Below the pieces are notes generated by a model. That model was not told where the DNA came from. It did no database searches and saw nothing but the letters and a program-made list of their open reading frames with translations. Both the position numbers and the translations under genes were made by a program. Shown here one piece after another: positions 38,812 to 48,238 of a stretch of DNA of 64,000 bases. The stretch is taken from positions 160,001-224,000 of the forward strand of contig JANRKS010000031.1 in assembly GCA_033763315.1 (NCBI GenBank), written 5' to 3'. Positions within the stretch are counted from its first letter, which is position 1. Every line of letters begins with the position of its first letter. The stretch is from Deltaproteobacteria bacterium. Its GTDB lineage: Bacteria; Myxococcota_A; Polyangia; Fen-1088.

Positions 38812-39762
38812 ATGCGAAACAACAACGACTTGTTTGCGTGGGCCGCACGTTCGGTTGGGGCATGCACGTTTGTGGCGGCCTTGATCATGGGGCCCGCCGT
38901 CGCCTCGGCACGCGACGACATCAACAGCTATTCGATTGAGAAGGCGATATCCACCTGGGGCGCCCGCGCAGGCCTGCCGCCCATGCCGATGTACTTCGGC
39001 GACACGGCGGGCCCCACGGGTGCCGTAGACCTTGGGGAGCTGCGCACCAGCAACAAGACGAGCGCGATCGGCAAGTCAGATGAAGAGGCATGCCAATGGG
39101 TGTTCTTAACGTCGCTTAAGTCTCTTCAGAACGCCGCACGCAAGCGCGGGGCCACCGCGTTGGTGAACATCCGCTCGAACTACAAGAACAATGAGTTCAA
39201 GAGCGCGACGGAATTTCAATGTGGTGCAGGGAACATTATTGCGGGAGTCGCGCTGAAGGCGCAGGCCGTAAGAGTGGATGCCGCAGGTGCTGCGTTGGCG
39301 GCAACGCCCGCCGCTGCCCCTGTGCCTGCACCCGCACCTGCCGTTGCTCCAGCACCGGTCGCTGCCACCGCACCCACGCCCCCGCCACCCGCCGGAACAG
39401 AGAAGCCCGACGGCATCGGCACCCTCGCGTCTCCGGCCGCCGGTTCGGAGACTGACGATTTGGCCAAAGCGCGGCGGCGTTTCGAGAAAGGCCAACGCCT
39501 TTACGATTTGCGTCGCTACATGGAGTCGATCCCCGAATTTGAAGCCGCCTACGAACTGTCAGGCGATCCCGTGTTGCTTTACAACTTGGCCCAGTCATAC
39601 CGCATGGCCGAAAAATATCCCGACGCGCTTCATTACTACCGCGCGTATTTGAAGAAGGTGCCGAAGTCCCCGCGTACGGATGTGGTGAAGCGGCGCATCG
39701 CTGAGCTTGAGGCCACGCGCGAGCCACCCAACAATGTCGACGATCCCCACCCGCGCAAATAA
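38812..39762 (+). CDS. Secreted protein: RcsF/YbjQ-like domain + Pro/Ala linker + TPR
   Basis: Signal peptide, ARDD...KSDEEACQW...AARKRGATALVNI...FQCGAG domain, and TPR (ARRRFEKG...LLYNLAQSY). Confidence 0.75.
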   Translation: MRNNNDLFAWAARSVGACTFVAALIMGPAVASARDDINSYSIEKAISTWGARAGLPPMPMYFGDTAGPTGAVDLGELRTSNKTSAIGKSDEEACQWVFLTSLKSLQNAARKRGATALVNIRSNYKNNEFKSATEFQCGAGNIIAGVALKAQAVRVDAAGAALAATPAAAPVPAPAPAVAPAPVAATAPTPPPPAGTEKPDGIGTLASPAAGSETDDLAKARRRFEKGQRLYDLRRYMESIPEFEAAYELSGDPVLLYNLAQSYRMAEKYPDALHYYRAYLKKVPKSPRTDVVKRRIAELEATREPPNNVDDPHPRK

Positions 39763-39777
39763 GCTGCGCCCAAGTTC

Positions 39778-41325
39778 TTAAGCGCCCTTCATCCGTTCGA
39801 TCAGATTGCGCGTGATTTGCTGAACCCGTTTGTCGGGACCAAAGCGCGTCTCGTATTCTTTGGGACGCGTGTGACCGGGTGGTTCAGCCAAACCGTCGGA
39901 CCACCAACACGTGGCAGCGTTGAACACGATGTTGCCATGCGGGCCCGGATAAACGGTGGCGGCGTATTCGCTGGGACCCGCGGGACCTTGCGTAGGCCCA
40001 CCTGCCACCACTTCAAGACCGGGAATGTCGGTGGCCGGATCGCCATGAAACTCCCACCCGACGAGGCCAGGCACGCCATCGCCTTCTTTCATGCCGGTGC
40101 CAGCAAACAACCAGTGGTTCGGTTTGCGACACGTCCAAGCGGCGCCCCCCATGATTGGCCCCGTGCTACGTGCGCCCACCAGTGACGCTTCATTGGGCGC
40201 CGTGCGCGGCAGCGTGCTCATCTTTACGAACACTGAATCGCCTTTGTCATCACGCGGCCCATAGCGATCAATGCGGCTGAATGTGCGGTTGGGGCGCCCA
40301 TCGCTGGCGGGCCCCACATCTATCAAACCACAACACGTGTTGCCCGAAAGGAAGGCCACGGACAGGCCCTGCGCAATTGCGGACTTGAGCCCATAGAACA
40401 TAGGCAACGAGTAATACTCGTCGTGCCCCATCGATATAAGGCCCTTGCCACGCAACAACGAGGGGGCGTTTTCATGCACGTCCAGGTTGCTGATGTAGCT
40501 AACGTCGAAGCCCTGCGATTCAAGCCAAAACACGGTGGGAAACTCCCACAACAAGAATTCACCCGAACCCTGTGATTGTGGGGGCAACCCGAATTGGCAA
40601 TACCGTCCATAAGGACGATCGAAAGTCACGCGCGAACCAGCACCCCAAAACCATGGATCGTGGCCGTCGTCATACAGCGAGTGTTGCTGTGGCCAACGGT
40701 TATAGGCCTGCCACGTGGTGTCCGATACCTGCACCAAACAATCCACTTTGCGTTGGTCGCGGACCACAAACGTAATGAAGCTGTCGCAGCCGGATGAAGC
40801 GCGGAGCTTCGCCAAGTAGACGCCGCTGCACCAATCCTTGGGAATTGTGAACTTCGTGCTGCTCTCCCAACGGCATTCGCGCACACGGCCTGGGCCCTCG
40901 CTTGGATCCTCCTGCACACGCCCGGTGAAGGGCCCAAGTTTTTGCACCAACCGCGCGCCGGCGCCGCCGTAGTAACCCATGCGAAAGATGTCGATCTCAA
41001 ATGTGGCGACCGGATTCGTGCTCACGAACAGCTGCACTTCATCACCCGCCGCGGCGGACGTTACTGAAGCATAGCCTTCAATGCCGGGGCTGCGGTACTT
41101 GGTGGCCGCGTCCAAAGCGGGGTTGGTGAGCAGCCAGTCGCGTGTGCCCGGTCGCGTGTTTTCGTGAGCAACGACGCCCGACTGTGCGGCGGCGAAACCA
41201 GCTGGACGCTGCGGCGACGCACAAGCGGGAAGCACACCCGGCAACAGCGCCGCGGCACCCAGCTTGAACATCGCAGCCATCGCGTCTCGACGATCGGGTT
41301 GCATCTCGTCTGTGGGTGAAGCCAT
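39778..41325 (-). CDS. N,N-dimethylformamidase beta-subunit-like (DUF6605) Tat-exported protein
   Basis: RRDAM Tat-like signal with LPAC, ENTRPG, IEGYAS, RMGYYGG, TTWQAYN, GHDEYY and FLSGN motifs. Confidence 0.85.
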   Translation of the reverse strand: MASPTDEMQPDRRDAMAAMFKLGAAALLPGVLPACASPQRPAGFAAAQSGVVAHENTRPGTRDWLLTNPALDAATKYRSPGIEGYASVTSAAAGDEVQLFVSTNPVATFEIDIFRMGYYGGAGARLVQKLGPFTGRVQEDPSEGPGRVRECRWESSTKFTIPKDWCSGVYLAKLRASSGCDSFITFVVRDQRKVDCLVQVSDTTWQAYNRWPQQHSLYDDGHDPWFWGAGSRVTFDRPYGRYCQFGLPPQSQGSGEFLLWEFPTVFWLESQGFDVSYISNLDVHENAPSLLRGKGLISMGHDEYYSLPMFYGLKSAIAQGLSVAFLSGNTCCGLIDVGPASDGRPNRTFSRIDRYGPRDDKGDSVFVKMSTLPRTAPNEASLVGARSTGPIMGGAAWTCRKPNHWLFAGTGMKEGDGVPGLVGWEFHGDPATDIPGLEVVAGGPTQGPAGPSEYAATVYPGPHGNIVFNAATCWWSDGLAEPPGHTRPKEYETRFGPDKRVQQITRNLIERMKGA

Positions 41326-41414
41326 GCCGGCAGTATCCGACAAACGCTGCGGCAAAAGCGAGCGTCGCCCCAGTGAACGCCGCGCCTCACGTGCGCTGGA
41401 TCGCTTTGCAACGG

Positions 41415-42257
41415 TCAAAAGGAACCATGCACGCCAACGACGGCGCCGTCACGATCGGCAGGCATGAGCGTTGGTTGCCATGTGATCGCTGCTTGCCGCT
41501 CGGAGGGCCTGGCGGTGGTGCGTGGGTGCAACCAGTGTGGCAGCGCGCTGCCTAGGCCTGCCCCGACCGCGCCGCCCACCAGCACATCGGTGGTGTAATG
41601 GGCGTCGGCGCCAACGCGCGCGTAGGCCGTAAGAGCAGCGATCGCCAAGCCACCGGCCCACACCCATTTCGCGTGCCGGTAGCCACGCAGCGAAGCCACG
41701 CTGCCGGCGGCGCTTGCAAAGGCAAACGTGAACGCGCTGTGGCCCGAGAAAAACGAGAGGTTCTGTTCGGATGACGAAACGTGGCTGGCAAAATCGCTTT
41801 CGTAATGAATGGCAGGTCGTTGCCGCGCCACCAGCACTTTCACAACGTTCGCGAACGTCATCGTGACGCTCACGCTTTGCAAAACATAAAGGCTGTTGTG
41901 CAGATAATCGGCGCCTTCATGATCCACAGCCGCGGCCAACGCCAACGCCCCAAAGCCATTGACGGTGGCCATCAACAATCCCACGTCGCTTAGCTTGGCC
42001 GCTGTGGTTGAGTGATCCCATTTAAGTCCACCACGAACCCACGCGTCGAATCCGTTGGCGCTACACCAACGACAGTCCTCGGGCGACAAAGGCTTTTTGA
42101 ATGCCGTTTCAGCCAACACCCACGCGGTGGTGAATCCTGCCGTTGTGACGATGTCGCGCGTGTCGTTGCCAGCCAGGCCGTAGGTGGCGGCGCCCTGCGC
42201 GTGCGCTGCCGTTGCCATCAGCACGCAGGCAAAAACGGTGGTGGACTTAACCCACAT
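41415..42257 (-). CDS. PAP2-family phosphatase
   Basis: KVLVARQRP, SFFSGHS and RVGADAHYTTDV motifs. Confidence 0.9.
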   Translation of the reverse strand: MWVKSTTVFACVLMATAAHAQGAATYGLAGNDTRDIVTTAGFTTAWVLAETAFKKPLSPEDCRWCSANGFDAWVRGGLKWDHSTTAAKLSDVGLLMATVNGFGALALAAAVDHEGADYLHNSLYVLQSVSVTMTFANVVKVLVARQRPAIHYESDFASHVSSSEQNLSFFSGHSAFTFAFASAAGSVASLRGYRHAKWVWAGGLAIAALTAYARVGADAHYTTDVLVGGAVGAGLGSALPHWLHPRTTARPSERQAAITWQPTLMPADRDGAVVGVHGSF

Positions 42258-42483
42258 AATTTATGGCCAACGCAGCGATCAGAAGCGCGGCAGCGATGGC
42301 CAACCTCCGGGCCCAAGGATCAGAGGCCATCGCTTGGCGCAACCGCTGGGCATCGGCTTCGAGCTCATGCGAAGGCTCTGCGGGCATCGACGCAACCGCC
42401 TTTGCGATCTCTCGTTTCGCGGCGGCGAAGTTACCGGCTTGGAAATACATCAATGCCGCTTGCAGTGCAGGGTGGTCCGTCAT
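42247..42483 (-). CDS. Small hypothetical protein with C-terminal TM helix
   Basis: 78 aa, packed between the biotin carboxylase and PAP2 genes on the same strand. Confidence 0.65.
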   Translation of the reverse strand: MTDHPALQAALMYFQAGNFAAAKREIAKAVASMPAEPSHELEADAQRLRQAMASDPWARRLAIAAALLIAALAINYVG

Positions 42484-42490
42484 GATTCAC

Positions 42491-44011
42491 CTAGCTTTTA
42501 AGTTTTTCTTGGCGCCAAGGTGATATGCCTTCCGTCGTGGCCGCGGCGGCCGTCGGCTCCACGGCTGCGCTCGCGGCGTGGGCGGCCGCGGCGATCGCCG
42601 CTTGTTGCACCTGCGCGTCGGTGGGCGGCGGCGGTGTCAGCTCAGCTTTGTGTTTATCAATGAAGCCCGTGTCGTAGTGGCCATTGATGAAGGCTGCGTT
42701 CTGCATCACCAGCCGGTGAAAGGCGAGGTTCGTTTTGATGCCCCCCACATGGTACTCATCCAAGGCGCGGCGCATGCGCTCGATGGCTTCCGTGCGGGTG
42801 CTGCCCCATGTACACAGCTTTGAGATCATGGGATCGTAATACACGCTGATCACGCTGCCGGCTATTACGCCCGAATCATCTCGCACACCCGGTCCTGACG
42901 GCACCGTGAGGCTTGTGATGGTGCCAGGCGAAGGCAGAAACTTCACCGCGTCTTCCGCATAAACGCGGCATTCAATAGCGGCGCCGTGGCGTGGGATTTG
43001 CTCTTGCGACAGCGGCAAGGGCAGCCCGCGGGCCACATCAATTTGCCAACGCACCAGATCTTGCCCCGTCACCAATTCGGTGACCGGATGCTCAACCTGC
43101 AGACGCGTGTTCATCTCCAAAAAATAGAAGTGACCGCTGTCAGCATCGAACAACATCTCGATCGTACCGGCGCCCACATAGTTCACCGATTTAGCCGCGG
43201 CCACAGCCACCGCGCCCATCTTCTGTCGGATGTCTTCGGTCACGGCAGGCGAGGGCGATTCTTCGATGACTTTTTGATTGCGCCGCTGCACGGAACAATC
43301 GCGTTCGTAAAGATGAACCACGTTGCCATGCTGATCGCCGAAGACTTGAATCTCGATGTGGCGGGCACGCACGATCGCTTTTTCCAGATAGACCGCGTCG
43401 TCACCGAAGGCAGCCTTGGCCTCGCGTTGGGCGGCGGCCAACGCGGCTTCAAGCTTTTCTTCGTCAAACACCAAGCGCATGCCACGCCCGCCACCACCCG
43501 CGGCCGCCTTCAACATCACGGGGTACCCAATGCGTGCCGCGGCCTCCTTTGCCTGCGCCGGGGTTTCGAAGCCGCGGCCGTGCGGTCCGTTGTCGCCGGG
43601 CACCACAGGCACGCCTGCCGCTTGCATCACCATGCGCGCCGACGTTTTGCCGCCCATCGCGCGAATCGCATGCGGCGAGGGCCCGATGAATGTGATGCCC
43701 GCGGCCGCGCACGCTTCGGCGAAATCTGCGTTCTCAGATAAAAAGCCGTAGCCAGGATGGATGGCGTCGGCGCCCGTTTGTTTGGCGGCGTCGATGATCT
43801 TATCCGCGCGCAGATAGCTGTCTCGCGCAGGCGCCGGGCCAATCGGCACGGCCTCATCGGCCTGCGAAACGAACACCGCCTTCGCGTCGGCTTCGGAATA
43901 AACCGCCACCGTGGCGATGCCCATGTCGCGGCAAGCGCGCATCACCCGGCAGGCGATCTCCCCACGGTTGGCAATGAGTATCTTTTTGATCGAGGGCGTG
44001 GCTATTGGCAA
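42491..44011 (-). CDS. accC: Acyl-CoA carboxylase biotin carboxylase subunit
   Basis: KILIANRGEIA, HPGYGFLSEN, GGGGRGMR, EMNTRLQVEHPVTE and YYDPMISK motifs. TTG start after AGGGG inferred. Confidence 0.93.
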   Translation of the reverse strand: MPIATPSIKKILIANRGEIACRVMRACRDMGIATVAVYSEADAKAVFVSQADEAVPIGPAPARDSYLRADKIIDAAKQTGADAIHPGYGFLSENADFAEACAAAGITFIGPSPHAIRAMGGKTSARMVMQAAGVPVVPGDNGPHGRGFETPAQAKEAAARIGYPVMLKAAAGGGGRGMRLVFDEEKLEAALAAAQREAKAAFGDDAVYLEKAIVRARHIEIQVFGDQHGNVVHLYERDCSVQRRNQKVIEESPSPAVTEDIRQKMGAVAVAAAKSVNYVGAGTIEMLFDADSGHFYFLEMNTRLQVEHPVTELVTGQDLVRWQIDVARGLPLPLSQEQIPRHGAAIECRVYAEDAVKFLPSPGTITSLTVPSGPGVRDDSGVIAGSVISVYYDPMISKLCTWGSTRTEAIERMRRALDEYHVGGIKTNLAFHRLVMQNAAFINGHYDTGFIDKHKAELTPPPPTDAQVQQAAIAAAAHAASAAVEPTAAAATTEGISPWRQEKLKS

Positions 44012-44068
44012 AGCCCCTATAGTTTCGTGCAAACCGCGCCACAAAACAACGTCGTCTTCACGACGACG

Positions 44069-45805
44069 TCACAAGCCTGCGGGCAAGCCGTCGCCACGCA
44101 CTTCGGCCGCGGCCTCGAAGCCCTTATCGGTGCGCACCACCACGTTCACCTTCGTCAGTTGATCGCGCGGCTGCGTTTTGTGCCCGCGCTTTTCAAGCGC
44201 CTTGATGACGTCCACGGGCAGTTCCGGTTCGTACATCAACAGCTCAGGCATCCACTGGTGGTGGATGCGCGGCGCCGACGACGCCGCTTGGGCGTCCATG
44301 CCAAAGTCCACGATGTTGAGCAACACCTGCAACGTGCCGCTGATGATCGTGGGGCCGCCCGCGCCGCCCACGGCTATCTTTACTCCCTTGTCATCGAACA
44401 CCAACGTGGGCGTCATCGATGATAACGGGCGCTTGTGTGGCGCCACGGCGTTCTTCTCGGTGCCCAACAAACGAAAGGCATTTTCCACGCCCGGCTTCAT
44501 TGCAAAATCATCCATCTGGTTGTTGAGCACGATGCCGTACCGTTCGCTGACCAGGTGCGCGCCAAACCAAAGGTTCACCGTGGTGGTCAACGCCACGGCG
44601 TTGCCTTCTTCGTCGATCACGGAAAGGTGTGCGGTGCCGCCATCATTGGGCACGGTGGGGCTTTCACCCGGCCTGCCATACTGGGCGCTGGGCAACACGG
44701 AATCGGGTTTGAAGCGCGCCGCAAGCTCCGCCTGATAGGCGGGCGCCAACAACTTATCGAGCGGCACTTTTACGAAATCGCTGTCGCCCAAGTGGCGCGC
44801 GCGATCGGCGAATCCGTGCTTGAGCGCTTCGGCCAAAGCGTGCAGATAGGCAGAGGAGTTGTGCCCGAGCTCCCTGGGCTTGGCAGCTATGCGTTCCAGG
44901 ATCGCCAACGCCGTGGCCACCACGGTGCCACCCGACGACGAGGGCGGCATTGTAACGATCCGTAAACCACGATAGGTCGTGGTGACGGGCTCACGGTCGC
45001 TGACGGTGTAGTTGCGCAAGTCTTCGGCGGTCATCACACCACCGGCGGCGCGCACGGTGGCAGCGATGTCTTCGCCGATCGCGCCCTGGTAAAACACTTT
45101 CGGGCCCTTTTGGCGCAGCAACGCCAGCGTGCGCCCCAACACCGGCCGGCGCAATCGATCGCCAGGCTTTACCGGCCCTTTGAACGTGAACACTTGGTTG
45201 ATGAACGGATCCTTCGACATCACGTCGTTGATCATCCAAGCCACCCGCGGCGTGGCCGCCACGCCTTGCGTAAGCTTTTCAGCCGGCGCGACACAACGGG
45301 AAAACGGCAGCTTGCCCCAACGTTTCACCATTTCCGAAAGCCCCAACACCTCGCCCGGCACCCCCACCGCCAACCCGCCCTGGCGGGATAGCTTCGGGTC
45401 AGGCTTGCCGTCCTTGAAGAACATCGCGGGCGTGATGGCCGCAGGCGCACGTTCGCGAAAATCGAGCACGTGAACCTGCTTTTCCTTGGCCAGGTAGATC
45501 ACCGCAAAACCTCCACCGCCGATACCGGAGCCATGGGGGTTCACCACCCCCAAGGCCAGCGCCGTGGCACACGCGGCGTCGATCGCGTTGCCTCCTGCTT
45601 TCAACATCACCACGCCGGCTTTTGAGGCCTCGGGATGATCGGAGGCCACGGCGCCGTGGGCCGCCACCAATGGATCGGGCGTGGCCGCGTGCCCCGCAGC
45701 CGATAGGCCCGGGCACCCCAGGAGCGACAGCGTCGACGCCACCAGGCACGCGAAACGATGGCGCCGGGGTGATCTTCGTTGCTGAATCGTTCGGGTAATC
45801 CTCAC
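44069..45805 (-). CDS. ggt: Gamma-glutamyltransferase
   Basis: GGNAIDAA, SGIGGGGF, DFRERAP, GTAHLSVID (Thr nucleophile), NNQMDDF and RPLSSMTP motifs. Start uncertain. Confidence 0.95.
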   Translation of the reverse strand: MRITRTIQQRRSPRRHRFACLVASTLSLLGCPGLSAAGHAATPDPLVAAHGAVASDHPEASKAGVVMLKAGGNAIDAACATALALGVVNPHGSGIGGGGFAVIYLAKEKQVHVLDFRERAPAAITPAMFFKDGKPDPKLSRQGGLAVGVPGEVLGLSEMVKRWGKLPFSRCVAPAEKLTQGVAATPRVAWMINDVMSKDPFINQVFTFKGPVKPGDRLRRPVLGRTLALLRQKGPKVFYQGAIGEDIAATVRAAGGVMTAEDLRNYTVSDREPVTTTYRGLRIVTMPPSSSGGTVVATALAILERIAAKPRELGHNSSAYLHALAEALKHGFADRARHLGDSDFVKVPLDKLLAPAYQAELAARFKPDSVLPSAQYGRPGESPTVPNDGGTAHLSVIDEEGNAVALTTTVNLWFGAHLVSERYGIVLNNQMDDFAMKPGVENAFRLLGTEKNAVAPHKRPLSSMTPTLVFDDKGVKIAVGGAGGPTIISGTLQVLLNIVDFGMDAQAASSAPRIHHQWMPELLMYEPELPVDVIKALEKRGHKTQPRDQLTKVNVVVRTDKGFEAAAEVRGDGLPAGL

Positions 45806-45885
45806 AGCCGCGCCAAGTGCGTAGTATTGTTGAAGCGCCATCCCCGTGGGCGTATACCAGGGGCCTGGCGATCGGGCGACCGCTG

Positions 45886-48222
45886 ATGGTTCAATCAGGA
45901 AATAGCGACGGGGCAAAGCTTCAATTGCGAATCAAGTTTCGCAGTGAAGATCTGGAAGGTTTTGTTGAACGTTACGGCACGGATGTAAGTCCTGGCGGGA
46001 TCTTCATTCGTTCTCGCCAGCCGTTGGCGGTGGGCACGCGTGTGGTGTTTGCGTTTTCGTTGATGAATGGCGTCCCCGTTCTCAACGGCGAAGGAACCAT
46101 CGTTTGGGTGCGGCAGCCTGAAGGGGAAACGGGCGGCAACCCCGGCATGGGCATCCGCTTCGATGTCCTTAATGACGAAAGCCGCATGAAGTTGTCGCGC
46201 ATTTTGGAGGCGAAAGCCGCGCGCGAAAAATCCGGCAAGCCACCGATGCGGGGCCCCACGCCCATCCCTGACGGGCCGTTTGGTGGCGCCTCTTTGGCAA
46301 GCGCGCCCTCGGACGCCACGGCAAAGGTGCGGCTGACGCCCGACGGCCAAATCGTGCAGGATATGCCTGTGCCTCGACCTTCGTCGGTGCAGCCATCGGT
46401 GCCTGGCTATACGGCGCCCATTCCCAGCCCTTCGGGCCCGGCGCCTTCGAAGCCCTACGCCTCCAGCCTTTCGAACCCGCAAATGTCGTTGCCGCGGCCG
46501 CCCCAGCCAACGCCCACGCTGCCCGACCGCGACCGCACCCGCCTGACCCCGCCTCCAGCAGAGGCCTTGCGCCGATCAACGCCGGCGCTGGGCACAGAAA
46601 CCAGCCCCCAACCTTTTGCTCCCTCGAAGACGTTGGGCAACGCCGCGGCGCCTGTCTTGGGGCCGGGGGGCAGCGTTGTGCGAACCCCGCAAAGTCTTCC
46701 CAATCGATCGCCCACGCCGGCCTTCGGCACGGACGTCACACGGGGGGCCGGTGGCGCGGCTTTCTCGTCCACGATGGCGTTTGGGCAAGAGCCAACCCGC
46801 TCGGCGGAAGCCGGCTTGCGGGCCGAGCCCACCCGTGGTGTGACGCCCGCCCCCGATTTACTTCGTCGGGCCACGCCGCCTCCGGTGCCAGTGACGCCGC
46901 CACCGTCTGTGTTTTCACGTCCCACGCCGGTTCCTGGTGTGCCGCTGGCGGATTTGCGTTCAGGCGCCCGCAGCGGTCCGGTGGTCAATCGACCCACGGG
47001 CAGCCGCCCCGCCGTTGTCGATCCTCCTCCGCAGCCCTCCCCGGCGGCCAGCGCTTGGTCCAGCGAGAAAACAGAAATCGTCGAAGATCTTCCGCGTTTC
47101 GACGAGATGGACGAGAAGACCACGACCGTGCGTGGCCAAACTTTGGCGGCACAAGAAGGTTTCGGTGACGGGTTTGGTGAAGGCGTTGGCGCCAACCGTG
47201 AAGCCATCGTTCATCAGCAGCCCACGCGTCCCGAGCTGGCCACGCAACCGGCGGCCTCGCCACCTGAAGTGGCGACCAAGAGCTTCCCCTCAATGCCTGT
47301 GTTGCTGGACCTGTTTGAGGGTGAGCAATTGCCGGAGCCAGGGGAATCATCACCCCTCATGCCCGCTGCGGACGAGTTTGGCCGCGTTGAATCTACCGGT
47401 CGGGGTCCACGCGTGACCCCGGTGCCGGGCGCGAGCATGATCGCGCGGAAGGTGGAAACCACCGAATTTCGAGTTCAAAAGCGCCGGCCGGTGTTGTGGC
47501 TTGTGTTTGGTGGCGTGGCTGTTGCCGCGGGTGTTTTCGCCGTAACCAACTACGTGGACAGCCAGCGGCCAAACCCACCCGTTGCCAACCTGGCCCCACC
47601 GGCTCCCGAACCGCCTGCCCCCGCCGCAGAGGTCCCCAAAGCCGCTCCACCACCGGTTGCGGAACCCGCGGCCCCGGAACCCGCGGCCGCCGCCGAGGCA
47701 CCCGCTGCCGCGCCCGAGCCCGCTCCCGCACCGCCTGACCCTAAGCCAATGGCCGCGAAGGTGGCCCCTGTGGCACCGGAAGCGCCCAAGCCCGCCAAGC
47801 CCATTGCGGCCAAACCTGTGGTGGCCGTGCGTCCCGCCCCGCGGCCTGTGGCCCCTGCGCCCAAGCCAGCGGCGGCCGCGCCTGTGCCCGCCGAGCCTGA
47901 CGCCGATGCCGTGTATTGGCTGCGCGTGCGGTCCACGCCGCCTGGCGCTGATGTTTACCTTGACGGCGAGTTGGAAGGCCAAACGCCGTTCCAACGGCGC
48001 ATCTTCGATTCCACCCGCCCTTATGCGATCTCCGTGCGCAAAGAGGGATTTGAATCCGCTGAGCGCATGATCAGCGCTTCGGATCCGTGGACCAAGGTGA
48101 GAAACGAATACCTGCTCACCTTGACATTGAAGCTGCGCAAAACAGCGGCGGAGCCCGCGGCACCCGCAGAGCCCGCAGGTGTAGAAGCTCCGGCGGCCCC
48201 TGAAAGCGCGCCAGCCCCTTAA
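45886..48222 (+). CDS. TIGR02266/PilZ-type domain + Pro-rich linker + TM + PEGA-domain protein
   Basis: DVSPGGIFI...GMGIRF, long Pro-rich region, single TM, and VRSTPPGADVYLDG...GQTP. Confidence 0.85.
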   Translation: MVQSGNSDGAKLQLRIKFRSEDLEGFVERYGTDVSPGGIFIRSRQPLAVGTRVVFAFSLMNGVPVLNGEGTIVWVRQPEGETGGNPGMGIRFDVLNDESRMKLSRILEAKAAREKSGKPPMRGPTPIPDGPFGGASLASAPSDATAKVRLTPDGQIVQDMPVPRPSSVQPSVPGYTAPIPSPSGPAPSKPYASSLSNPQMSLPRPPQPTPTLPDRDRTRLTPPPAEALRRSTPALGTETSPQPFAPSKTLGNAAAPVLGPGGSVVRTPQSLPNRSPTPAFGTDVTRGAGGAAFSSTMAFGQEPTRSAEAGLRAEPTRGVTPAPDLLRRATPPPVPVTPPPSVFSRPTPVPGVPLADLRSGARSGPVVNRPTGSRPAVVDPPPQPSPAASAWSSEKTEIVEDLPRFDEMDEKTTTVRGQTLAAQEGFGDGFGEGVGANREAIVHQQPTRPELATQPAASPPEVATKSFPSMPVLLDLFEGEQLPEPGESSPLMPAADEFGRVESTGRGPRVTPVPGASMIARKVETTEFRVQKRRPVLWLVFGGVAVAAGVFAVTNYVDSQRPNPPVANLAPPAPEPPAPAAEVPKAAPPPVAEPAAPEPAAAAEAPAAAPEPAPAPPDPKPMAAKVAPVAPEAPKPAKPIAAKPVVAVRPAPRPVAPAPKPAAAAPVPAEPDADAVYWLRVRSTPPGADVYLDGELEGQTPFQRRIFDSTRPYAISVRKEGFESAERMISASDPWTKVRNEYLLTLTLKLRKTAAEPAAPAEPAGVEAPAAPESAPAP

Positions 48223-48238
48223 TTCGAGGGTGTGCACA

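Noticed and set aside
47560-47900. Repetitive GC-rich DNA in the PilZ-PEGA gene, and the His-Asp repeat near 56560-56620
   Set aside because: Explained by low-complexity Pro/Ala and His-rich protein linkers, not independent DNA repeats.
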